Below, one piece after another: positions 56,181-64,000 of a stretch of DNA of 64,000 nucleotides. The position numbers and the translations under genes are program-made. Every line of letters starts with the position of its first letter. The stretch's first letter is position 1. This stretch comes from an uncultured delta proteobacterium (lineage in GTDB: Bacteria; Myxococcota_A; UBA9160; SMWR01), in the NCBI GenBank assembly GCA_963832165.1, contig CAWHTE010000004.1, positions 416,001 to 480,000 of the forward strand, in the 5' to 3' direction. The notes beneath the pieces are model-generated. The model saw nothing but the letters and a program-made list of their open reading frames with translations, searched no databases and was not told the origin of the DNA.

Positions 56181-57347
56181 ATGGATCTCACCTACACGCC
56201 CGAGCAGGACGCCTTCCGCGCCGAGGTGCGCACATGGCTGCGCGCGCACGTTCCCGCGCAGCCGCTGCCCTCGTTCGACACGCGCGAGGGCTTCGAGGCG
56301 CATCGGCGTTGGGAGCACGAGCTCCACGAGGGCGGCTACGCAATGGTGCCGTGGCCCGTGGAGTACGGTGGGCGCGGCGCCGACCTGCTCGAGTGGTTGA
56401 TCTTCGAGGAGGAGTACTACGGCGCGGGAGCGCCCAAGCGCGTCAACCAGAACGGGATCTTCCTGCTCGGCCCCACGATCATGGAGTACGGCACACCCGC
56501 GCAGAAGGCGCGCTTCCTGCCGAAGATGGCCGCGAGCGACGAGATCTGGGCGCAGGGCTGGTCGGAGCCGAACGCGGGCAGCGACATGGCCAACATCCAG
56601 GCCACCGCGCAGCGCTCCGGCGATCACTACGTGATCAACGGCCAGAAGACCTGGGCATCGCGCGGCGCTTTCGCGGATTGGCTGTTCGGGATGTTCCGCA
56701 CCGATCCGAATACCGAGCGCCACAAGGGCCTCACGTTCATCCTCGTGCCGCTCGATCTGCCCGGCATCACGGTGCGGCCGATCGATCAGCTCGACGGGCT
56801 GCCCGGCTTCGCCGAGGTGTTCCTCGACGACGTGCGCGTGCCGGTCGAGAACCGGCTCGGCGAAGAAGGGCAAGGCTGGTCGGTGGCGATGGCCACCGCG
56901 GGCTTCGAGCGCGGGCTCATGCTGCGCAGCCCGGCGCGCTTCCAGGAAACGGCGCGCCGGCTCGTCGATCTCTACCGCGCGCACCGCGACAGCGCCGATC
57001 GCGCGCTCGCCGATGTCGTGGTGGATTGCTGGAGCCAGGCCGAGGCGTATGCGCTCGAGACCTATCGCACCGTGTCGCGGCTGCTCGGCGGCGCGAAGAT
57101 CGGCCCCGAGGCGAGCCTCAACAAGATCTTCTGGTCCGAGCTGGATCTGCGCATGCACGAGACCGCGCTGCGCATCCTCGAGGAGCGCGGCCAGCTGCTG
57201 CCCGAGGCGGCCGCCGCCCGCGACGTCGGCACCTGGCTCGACGGCTACCTGTTCGCGCTCTCGGGTCCGATCTACGCGGGCACCAACGAGATCCAGCGCA
57301 ACATCATCGCCGAGCGGATCCTGGGAATGCCGCGAGCCGGCGCATGA
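56181..57347 (+). CDS. fadE31: Acyl-CoA dehydrogenase, FadE31-like
   Basis: SFDTREGFEAHRRW, WLIFEEEYYGAGAP.R, WAQGWSEP, GPIYAGTNEIQRNI; operon context. Confidence 0.82.
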   Translation: MDLTYTPEQDAFRAEVRTWLRAHVPAQPLPSFDTREGFEAHRRWEHELHEGGYAMVPWPVEYGGRGADLLEWLIFEEEYYGAGAPKRVNQNGIFLLGPTIMEYGTPAQKARFLPKMAASDEIWAQGWSEPNAGSDMANIQATAQRSGDHYVINGQKTWASRGAFADWLFGMFRTDPNTERHKGLTFILVPLDLPGITVRPIDQLDGLPGFAEVFLDDVRVPVENRLGEEGQGWSVAMATAGFERGLMLRSPARFQETARRLVDLYRAHRDSADRALADVVVDCWSQAEAYALETYRTVSRLLGGAKIGPEASLNKIFWSELDLRMHETALRILEERGQLLPEAAAARDVGTWLDGYLFALSGPIYAGTNEIQRNIIAERILGMPRAGA

Positions 57348-58393
57348 GCTTCGACTTCACCGAAGACCAGAAGCTGCTCCAGCAGACGGTGCGCGACTTT
57401 CTCGCGGGCGAGTGCACGCCCGAGGCGGTGCGCGCGCTCTGGGCCAGCGACACGGGGCGCTCGCGCGCGCTCTGGAAGCAGCTCGCCGAGGTTGGACTCG
57501 TGGGCCTGCTCGTGCCCGAGGCGCACGAGGGCATGGGCCTCTCCGAGGTCGACTTCGTGCTGCTGTGCGAAGAGGTCGGCCGCGCCGCGCTCGCCGAGCC
57601 CGTGATCTCCACCGCGGCGGTTGCGGCTCCGCTGATCTCCGAGCACGGCGGCGAGCTGGCCGCGCGCTGGCTCAAGCCGCTCGCGGTAGGCGAGGCGATC
57701 GCCGCGATCGCGCATCCCGTGAGCCCGCTCGTGGACGACGCGCACGTCGCGGACCTCTTGCTGCTCGCGGATGCGGGCGAGATTCACGCCGTGGCGCCGG
57801 CCGATGCGGAGATCGTGGTGCAGCCCGCCAACGATCCCGCGCGCCGCGTCGCGACCGTCACCTTCGAGCCGCATGCGCGGACCTGCGTGGCCTCCGGCTC
57901 GCAGGCGCGCGCGCTGCTCGACTCCGCGCTCGACCGCGGCGCGCTCGCTGCGTCGGCGCAGCTGCTCGGCGTTTGCGACCGGCTGATCGCGCTCGCGGTC
58001 GCCTACACGAGCCAGCGCGTGCAGTTCGGCGTGCCGATCGGCTCGTTCCAGGCGGTCAAGCACGCGCTCGCGGACGTGAAGGTGAAGCTCGAGTACGCGC
58101 GCCCGCTCGTGTACCGCGCGGCCGACTCGGTCGCGCGCACGCTTCCCCAGCGCTCGGTGCACGTCTCGATGGCCAAGGTCGCCGCCGCGGAGGCTGCGCT
58201 GCGCGGCGCGCGCGCGGCGCTGCAGGCCCATGGCGCGATCGGCTACACCTGGGAGCAGGACGTCCACATCTGGATGCGCCGCGCCTGGTCGCTCGACTAC
58301 ATGTGGGGCAACCAGCGCTTCCATCGCCAGCGGATGGCCGAGTTCGTGCTCGCGCCGGGCGCGCCGCTGGGCGCCGGCCGCACTTTCGTCTGA
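57344..58393 (+). CDS. fadE32: Acyl-CoA dehydrogenase, FadE32-like
   Basis: ATGA overlap; VRALW..LWKQLA, QFGVPIGSFQAVKHALADV..EYARPLVY, ALQAHGAIGYTWE. Confidence 0.8.
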   Translation: MSFDFTEDQKLLQQTVRDFLAGECTPEAVRALWASDTGRSRALWKQLAEVGLVGLLVPEAHEGMGLSEVDFVLLCEEVGRAALAEPVISTAAVAAPLISEHGGELAARWLKPLAVGEAIAAIAHPVSPLVDDAHVADLLLLADAGEIHAVAPADAEIVVQPANDPARRVATVTFEPHARTCVASGSQARALLDSALDRGALAASAQLLGVCDRLIALAVAYTSQRVQFGVPIGSFQAVKHALADVKVKLEYARPLVYRAADSVARTLPQRSVHVSMAKVAAAEAALRGARAALQAHGAIGYTWEQDVHIWMRRAWSLDYMWGNQRFHRQRMAEFVLAPGAPLGAGRTFV

Positions 58394-58402
58394 GGAGAAC
58401 CC

Positions 58403-59557
58403 ATGGCACAGGCACAGGCATACATCATCGACGCAGTCCGCACGCCGGTTGGCAAGCGCGGGGGCGGTCTGTCGGGCATCCACTCCGCTGATCTGGGCGC
58501 CCACGTGCTGCGCACGCTGATGGAGCGCACGGGCGTCGACCCGAACGCGGTCGAGGACGTGATCTTCGGCTGCTGCGACACGGTCGGCTCGCAGGCCGGG
58601 GACATCGCGCGCACGTGCTGGCTCGCGGCAGGGCTGCCGCTGCACGTGCCCGGCGTGACGATCGACCGCCAGTGCGGGTCGTCGCAGCAGTCGGTCCACT
58701 TCGCGGCGCAGGGCGTGATGAGCGGCACGAGTGATCTCGTCGTGGCGGGTGGCGTGCAGAACATGAGCCAGATCCCGATCTCGTACGCGATGACCTGCGC
58801 CGAGCCGCTCGGCATCACGAATCCGTTCTGGGGCTCGAAGGGCTGGGTCGACCGCTACGGCACACAGGACGTGTCGCAGTTCCGGGGCGCCGAGATGGTG
58901 GCCGACAAGTGGAATATCTCGCGCGAGGACATGGAGCGCTTCGCGCTCGAGAGCCACGAGCGCGCGCTGCGCGCGACGGCCGAGGGCCGCTTCGAGCGCG
59001 AGATCGCGCCGATCAACGGCGTCACCGCCGACGAGGGCCCGCGCCGCACGAGCCTCGAGAAGATGGCGACGCTGCCGCTGCTCGAGGGCGCCAAGAAGCT
59101 GACCGCTGCGCTCGCGAGCCAGATCTCCGACGGCGCGTCGTGTGTGCTGGTCGCGTCGGAGCGCGCCGTGAAGGATCACGGCCTGACGCCTCGCGCGCGC
59201 GTGCATCACATCAGCGTGCTCGCCGACGACCCGATCTACATGCTGACGGCGCCGATTCCGGCCACGCGCCGCGCGCTCGAGAAGACGGGCATGAACATGG
59301 GCCAGATCGATGCGGTCGAGATCAACGAGGCGTTCGCATCGGTGGTGCTCGCGTGGGAGAAGGAACTGCACCCCGACATGGCCAAAGTGAACCCGAACGG
59401 CGGTGCGATCGCGCTGGGCCACCCGATCGGCGCCACGGGCACGCGCCTCATGACGACGCTGCTCTCCGAGCTCGAGCGCACGGGCGGGCGCTATGGCCTG
59501 CAGACCATGTGCGAGGGCGGCGGCCAGGCGAACGTCACGATTCTCGAACGGCTGTGA
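58403..59557 (+). CDS. fadA6: Acetyl-CoA acetyltransferase, FadA6-like
   Basis: AYIIDAVRTPVGKRGG, VPGVTIDRQCGSSQQ, EINEAFA, GGAIALGHP, QTMCEGGG. Confidence 0.85.
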   Translation: MAQAQAYIIDAVRTPVGKRGGGLSGIHSADLGAHVLRTLMERTGVDPNAVEDVIFGCCDTVGSQAGDIARTCWLAAGLPLHVPGVTIDRQCGSSQQSVHFAAQGVMSGTSDLVVAGGVQNMSQIPISYAMTCAEPLGITNPFWGSKGWVDRYGTQDVSQFRGAEMVADKWNISREDMERFALESHERALRATAEGRFEREIAPINGVTADEGPRRTSLEKMATLPLLEGAKKLTAALASQISDGASCVLVASERAVKDHGLTPRARVHHISVLADDPIYMLTAPIPATRRALEKTGMNMGQIDAVEINEAFASVVLAWEKELHPDMAKVNPNGGAIALGHPIGATGTRLMTTLLSELERTGGRYGLQTMCEGGGQANVTILERL

Positions 59558-60687
59558 ACTTCGCATTCACCGAAGAGCAGGAGGAGCTGCGCGCCGCAGC
59601 ACGCGCGTTCCTCGCCGAGTCCTCGAGCTCCGAGCGCGTGCGCGCGGCGATGGCGAGCGAGCTCGGCTACGACCCGCAGATCTGGAAGCGGATCGGCAGC
59701 GAGCTCGGCTGGTCCGCCGCGATCGTGCCCGAGGACTGCGGTGGCCTCGGTCTCGGTGCCGTGGAGCTCGTGGCGCTCGCGGAGAGGATGGGCGAGGCGC
59801 TCCTGTGCTCGCCGTTCTTCGCCACCGTCTGCCTCGCGGCGCAGGCCGTGCTGGCCGCGGGAACCCCGGAGCAGCGGCAGCGCTATCTGGGGCCGATCGC
59901 GGAAGGGCAGGCGCGCGCGGCGCTCGCGACGGCCGAGCCCGGGCTCGCGCACGACGCGGTCGCGCTCGAGGCGCGCCGCGACGGCAACGGCGTTCGCCTC
60001 ACGGGGATCAAGAGCTACGTGATCGACGGCCACAGCGCAGACTGGATCGTCGTGAGCGCGCGCGCACCCGGCAGCTCGGGTGACGAGGGCGTGTCGCTGT
60101 TCGTGGTGCCCGGCGACGCGCCCGGGCTCGCGCGCCGAGCGCTGCCCACGATGGACATGACCCGGCGCCAGGCCGAGCTGCGCTTCGAGGACGTCCGCGT
60201 CGCGGCGGAGGCGAGACTCGGCGAGGAGGGCGCCGGTGCGGCGCCGCTGCGCCGCGCGCTCGATCTCGGCGCGGTCGCGCTCGCGGCCGAGTCGGTCGGC
60301 GGCGCGCAGCGCAGCCTGGATCTCTCGGTCGCGTACGCGAAGGAGCGCGAGCAGTTCGGGCGCCCGATCGGCTCGTTCCAGGCGATCAAGCACAAGTGCG
60401 CCGACATGATGGTGAAGGTCGAGACCGCGCGCTCAGCGGCCTACTACGCGGCGTGCGCGGCTTCGGAAGATGCGCCAGACCTCCCGGTCGCGGCGTCGCT
60501 CGCGAAGGCCTACTGCTGCGAGGCCTACTACCACTGCGCTGCGGAGAGCATCCAGATCTTCGGCGGGGTCGGATTCACCTGGGAGTACGACCCGCATCTC
60601 TACTTCAAGCGCGCGCGCGCGTCCGAGTCGCTGCTCGGCACGCCCGCCTGGCACCGCGAGCGCGTCGCGCGCGCGATCGGGCTCTAG
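59554..60687 (+). CDS. Acyl-CoA dehydrogenase
   Basis: GTGA overlap; FAFTEEQEEL, REQFGRPIGSFQAIKHKCADM, GGVGFTWE..HLYFKRA. Confidence 0.92.
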   Translation: MNFAFTEEQEELRAAARAFLAESSSSERVRAAMASELGYDPQIWKRIGSELGWSAAIVPEDCGGLGLGAVELVALAERMGEALLCSPFFATVCLAAQAVLAAGTPEQRQRYLGPIAEGQARAALATAEPGLAHDAVALEARRDGNGVRLTGIKSYVIDGHSADWIVVSARAPGSSGDEGVSLFVVPGDAPGLARRALPTMDMTRRQAELRFEDVRVAAEARLGEEGAGAAPLRRALDLGAVALAAESVGGAQRSLDLSVAYAKEREQFGRPIGSFQAIKHKCADMMVKVETARSAAYYAACAASEDAPDLPVAASLAKAYCCEAYYHCAAESIQIFGGVGFTWEYDPHLYFKRARASESLLGTPAWHRERVARAIGL

Positions 60688-61467
60688 ATGGCGCTCGCGA
60701 TCGATCTCTCGGGGCGCGTCGCGATCGTGACCGGCGGCGGACGCGGCGTGGGTCGCGGCATCAGCGAGGGATTCCTGGAAGCGGGCGCGGACGTCGTGAT
60801 CTGCGGGCGCAAGGAGCCCGAGCGTCTCCCGGAGGCCGGCGGGCGCCGCGCGCTGTTCACGCCCGCCGACGTGCGCGAGCTCGAGCAGATCGAGGCGGTC
60901 GCCGCATTCGCCGAGCAGCGCTTCGGCCGGATCGACGTGCTCGTGAACAACGCGGGTGGTGCGCCGCCGTCCGATGCGGCCACCGCGTCGCCGCGCTTCC
61001 ACGAGTCGATCCTGCGCCTCAACCTGATCGCGCCGCTGCACTTCGCGCAGCGCGCGAACCGCACGATGCAGGGCCAGGAATCGGGCGGTGTGATCTTGTT
61101 CATCAGCAGCGTCTCCGCGACGCGCCCGTCGCCCGGCACGGCGGCCTACGGCGCGGCCAAGGCCGGAGTCGAGTCGCTCGCGCGCTCGCTCGCGGTGGAG
61201 TGGGGCCCCAAGGTGCGCGTCGTGGGCGTGGCGGGCGGCATGGTAGAGACGGAGCAGTCCGAGCTCTATTACGGCGACGCGGAGGGGATCGCGGCCGTGG
61301 GTGCGACGGTTCCGGTCGGCCGTCTCGCGGTGCCGCGCGACATCGGAGATGCGTGCGTGTTCCTGGCCTCGCCGCTCGCCTCGTACGTCTCGGGCACGAC
61401 ACTGCTCGCGCACGGCGGCGGTGAGCGCCCCGCGTTCCTGGCGGCCGCGAAGAACACCAAGTCCTGA
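60688..61467 (+). CDS. SDR oxidoreductase (Rv3549c-like)
   Basis: TGGGRGVG, NNAGG.P, RPSPGTAAYGAAKAG, VEWGPKVRV, ETEQSELYYGD. Confidence 0.88.
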   Translation: MALAIDLSGRVAIVTGGGRGVGRGISEGFLEAGADVVICGRKEPERLPEAGGRRALFTPADVRELEQIEAVAAFAEQRFGRIDVLVNNAGGAPPSDAATASPRFHESILRLNLIAPLHFAQRANRTMQGQESGGVILFISSVSATRPSPGTAAYGAAKAGVESLARSLAVEWGPKVRVVGVAGGMVETEQSELYYGDAEGIAAVGATVPVGRLAVPRDIGDACVFLASPLASYVSGTTLLAHGGGERPAFLAAAKNTKS

Positions 61468-61493
61468 TTCGGAATCGAAACGAGGAGTCTCCC

Positions 61494-62975
61494 GTGTCCG
61501 ATCGAAGTGCTGCCGAGACCGCGAAGTCGTCCCAACCGCGCGACGCGAGCGACGTCGCGCGCTGGCACCGCGAGGCCGACGTCGTGATCGTGGGCGCGGG
61601 CGGAGCCGGCGTGTGCGCGGCGCTCGAGGCGCGCGCAGCGGGAGCCTCGGTGCTCGTGCTCGAGCGGGCGTGGAAGGGCGGGGGGACTTCGGCGCAGGCG
61701 AGCGGTCAGCTCTACATGGGCGGCGGCACGCCGCTCCAGAAGGCGTGCGGCTTCGAGGACGACCCCGAGGAGATGTACAAGTACCTCGTCGCGTCGTGCG
61801 GGCCCGGCGCCGACGCCGAGAAGATCCGCGTCTACTGCGAGCGCAGCGTCGAGCACTACCACTGGATCACGGGGCGCGGCGTGCCGTTCAAGCAGACCTA
61901 CCTGCCCGTCGAGGTCGGCACCGATCCCTACACCGACGACGGGCTCTCCTACACCGGCAGCGAGCTCGCCTATCCGTTCTGCGAGATCGCCAAGCCCGCG
62001 CCGCGCGGGCATACGGCCCAGCAGGTCGGCGAGAACGCGGGCGGCATGATGATGGAGCTCTTGCTAGGCCAGCTCGCGCCGGCCGGTGTCGAGGTGCAGC
62101 CAGACGCGCTGTGCGAGCCGCTGATCCAGGACCGCGAGGGCCGCGTGGTCGGCGTGGTCGCGACGATCGACGGCGAGGAGCACTGCATCCGCGCGCGGCG
62201 CGGCGTGATCCTCGCCGCAGGTGGCTACATCCACAACAAGGCGATGCTCGCGCGCTATGCGCCCGTGACGCGACGCGCGCGTTTCCGGCTCGGCTGCGAT
62301 GGCGACGACGGGCGCGGGATCCGGATGGGGATGGGGGCCGGTGGCGACGCGATCCGCATGGAGGCGGCCTGCATCGTGGTGCCGTTCTCGCGCAACCGCC
62401 AGTTCGTGAAGGGCGTGCTCGTGAATGCCTCGGGCCAGCGCTTCTGCGCCGAAGATCTCTACCAGTCACTGCTCGGCGAGATCGGCATGTGGCGCCAGGA
62501 TGGCCGGATCTGGCTCGTGCTCGACGATGCGCTGTACGAGAAGCCGCAGCTCCCGACCGAGATCCTCGCGGTCGGCGACACGTTCGAGGAGCTCGAGACC
62601 GAGGCGAAGATCTTTCCGAAGGGCAGCCTCGTGCAGACCCTGAACAGCTACAACGCGGGTGCCGCGAAGGGAATCGACGCGCAGTTTCGCAAGGAGGCGC
62701 GCTGGCTGCAGCCGCTCGCGACGCCGCCCTACGTAGTGCTCGACCTCTCGCTCGAGAAATATCCGTTCTGGTCCGCGTTCACGCTGGGCGGTCTCCACAC
62801 GCGGCCGACCGGCGAGGTGCTCGACCCCGACGGCGAGGTCGTGCCCGGCCTCTACGCGGCGGGCCGCAACGCCTCGGGCATGCCCGCACACGGGTACAAC
62901 AGCGGGCTGTCGCTCGCGGACGCGACGTTCTCGGGCCGGCTCGCCGGTGTTGCCGCGGCCACACACGAACGATGA
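61494..62975 (+). CDS. FAD-dependent oxidoreductase, 3-ketosteroid delta4-(5alpha)-dehydrogenase-like
   Basis: DVVIVGAGGAG, LYMGGGTPLQKACGFED, GLSYTGSE, PAPRGH, FTLGGL, GYNSGLSLAD.TF.GR. Confidence 0.75.
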   Translation: MSDRSAAETAKSSQPRDASDVARWHREADVVIVGAGGAGVCAALEARAAGASVLVLERAWKGGGTSAQASGQLYMGGGTPLQKACGFEDDPEEMYKYLVASCGPGADAEKIRVYCERSVEHYHWITGRGVPFKQTYLPVEVGTDPYTDDGLSYTGSELAYPFCEIAKPAPRGHTAQQVGENAGGMMMELLLGQLAPAGVEVQPDALCEPLIQDREGRVVGVVATIDGEEHCIRARRGVILAAGGYIHNKAMLARYAPVTRRARFRLGCDGDDGRGIRMGMGAGGDAIRMEAACIVVPFSRNRQFVKGVLVNASGQRFCAEDLYQSLLGEIGMWRQDGRIWLVLDDALYEKPQLPTEILAVGDTFEELETEAKIFPKGSLVQTLNSYNAGAAKGIDAQFRKEARWLQPLATPPYVVLDLSLEKYPFWSAFTLGGLHTRPTGEVLDPDGEVVPGLYAAGRNASGMPAHGYNSGLSLADATFSGRLAGVAAATHER

Positions 62976-62985
62976 TGCGCGTCGC

Positions 62986-63480
62986 TCAGAACGTGCGCTT
63001 CACTCGGGTGTGATAGGTGTCGAGGATGTCGAGGGCCTCGTGCACGCCGTCGCCGTTGCTCGGGTGCACGCGGACCGTGTTGTGGTCCGTTCTCTGGATC
63101 CTGTCGGAGGCAACGGGGCAGCGCACGACGGTGGCGAGCTCCGGATAACGACCGCGCAACCTGCGCCATTCCGCATCGCGCGGCTCTTCGAGCAGATCCG
63201 AGTCGATCACGAGGGTCGAAGCTCCGCGATACTTCGCGCAGACGAACTCGGCCTCTGCCGGGTTCGCGACCGGGTAGACGCGGCGCCCGGTCTTCGCGAG
63301 TGTGCTCTCGAGAGAGAGCCGCTCACCGGGCGATCGGCTCGCGATCAGGACCACCGGAACCCCAGAAGTCATCACGCCCCCGTCGGAGATTTCCGGACAG
63401 CGCTCAGATTGGGGCAGCGACGTCATGCGAGGTATCCCGGGAAACCGGTAAAACGGCGCGGGTTTCGCGTCGGGGCACAA
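62986..63480 (-). CDS. Hypothetical protein, possible degenerate receiver (REC) fold; start uncertain
   Basis: VVLIAS..ERLSLESTLAKTGRRVYPVANPAEA..TLVIDSDL..LRGRYPELATVV follows the beta1-alpha1-beta2-alpha2-beta3 receiver pattern. Confidence 0.5.
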   Translation of the reverse strand: MCPDAKPAPFYRFPGIPRMTSLPQSERCPEISDGGVMTSGVPVVLIASRSPGERLSLESTLAKTGRRVYPVANPAEAEFVCAKYRGASTLVIDSDLLEEPRDAEWRRLRGRYPELATVVRCPVASDRIQRTDHNTVRVHPSNGDGVHEALDILDTYHTRVKRTF

Positions 63481-63625
63481 TTCCCCGGGTTTTGGGAAGG
63501 TGATTACCCGGCTAGCGGGATGGCGGCGGCTGCTCCCGAGCGATCATGATCCAGCAGAGCAGCGGGGACGGGACTCTCCAGTGAGTCGGTACAGCCGTTC
63601 CCGAAGCCACGTGTCTAGTAGAGAC

Positions 63626-63661
63626 GGGGGAGTGGCCACCAGGGTGGTTGGCCGCTCCCCC
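63626..63661 (-). terminator. GC-rich hairpin downstream of the response regulator
   Basis: GGGGGAGTGGCCA...TGGCCGCTCCCCC; no clear U-tract. Confidence 0.4.
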
Positions 63662-63682
63662 ATTCCATGTCTGGAGCTGCCC

Positions 63683-64000
63683 TCAGGAAGCCGGCTTCGG
63701 CGGGGGCAGATCGAGCGGCGTCAGCCCCTCGCGGATCGCGAACCGGGTCAGCTCGGCCACGTTGTGGAGGTCGAGCTTCCTCATCACGTTGCGGCGGTGC
63801 GTCTCGACGGTGCTCGTGGCCACCGAGAGTCGCGACGCAATCTCCGCCGACGTGAGTCCTTCGGCCAGCAGCTGGAGCACCTCGCGCTCGCGCGGCCCCA
63901 GGATCTCGTACGCCGACGCCGCGTGGGGCGCGCGGCTTGCCGCGTCGACGACGTCTTCGGTGACCTCCGCGCACAGGTACTTGCGGCCGCGGAGGACGGC
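63683..64000 (-). CDS. NarL/LuxR-family response regulator, C-terminal part (runs off the window)
   Basis: AVLRGRKYL..LGPREREVLQLLAEGLTSAEIA..TVETHRRNVMRKLDLHNVAELTRFAIREGL. Confidence 0.92.
   Translation of the reverse strand, partial: AVLRGRKYLCAEVTEDVVDAASRAPHAASAYEILGPREREVLQLLAEGLTSAEIASRLSVATSTVETHRRNVMRKLDLHNVAELTRFAIREGLTPLDLPPPKPAS

Noticed and set aside
55421..58393. 990-aa crotonase-ACAD 'fusion' in the ORF track
   Set aside because: The middle third is off-frame read-through across fadE31. A TAG lies one base out of frame right after FVEKRDAKFDP, and fadE32 has its own ATGA-coupled start at 57344. A 1-nt deletion explains it.
1..64000. Prophage, IS, integron, defence system, tRNA/rRNA or riboswitch
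   Set aside because: No recognisable motifs by eye, and intergenic gaps are short. A covariance-model search (Rfam, tRNAscan-SE) would be needed to exclude small RNAs.

Overview
Very GC-rich chromosomal segment from a diderm (Gram-negative-type) bacterium. The envelope call rests on PEP-CTERM proteins, an OprO/P porin, a secretin-like protein, lipoproteins and sigma-54 promoters. The catabolic gene set nevertheless looks actinobacterial, and a Myxococcota/'Deltaproteobacteria'-like host is my inference only. About 64 genes; I saw no rRNA, tRNA, CRISPR array, integrase or transposase. Main blocks: (1) two adjacent genes (a partial CBM6-like gene and a secreted ThuA-domain protein) ending in the same Cys-rich TSP3+dockerin-like module; (2) a thiol operon (VOC, YghU-type GST, DUF1993, CysK-glutaredoxin fusion); (3) many lipid/CoA-catabolic genes: CaiB pair + P450, six LLM oxidoreductases, acyl-CoA dehydrogenases, hydratases, four acyl-CoA ligases, and a thiolase with a DUF35 partner; (4) two convergent PEP-CTERM genes with apparent insertion/inversion scars; (5) lutABC; (6) chrA facing a porin-sbp-cysTWA sulfate operon with a divergent sigma-54 activator; (7) a steroid C/D-ring (HIP) degradation operon (ipdA, ipdB, echA20, fadE31, fadE32, fadA6, ACAD, SDR, 3-ketosteroid dehydrogenase) with a candidate operator. 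Two kinds of REP-like repeat occur. Six genes carry frameshifts that look like read/assembly indels. Best candidates for something new: the shared dockerin-like module (possible cohesin-dockerin enzyme assembly), the 56-bp gene-end duplication flanking a PEP-CTERM gene, and the steroid operon and its regulation in this lineage. All family calls come from motif recognition by eye, not from database searches.
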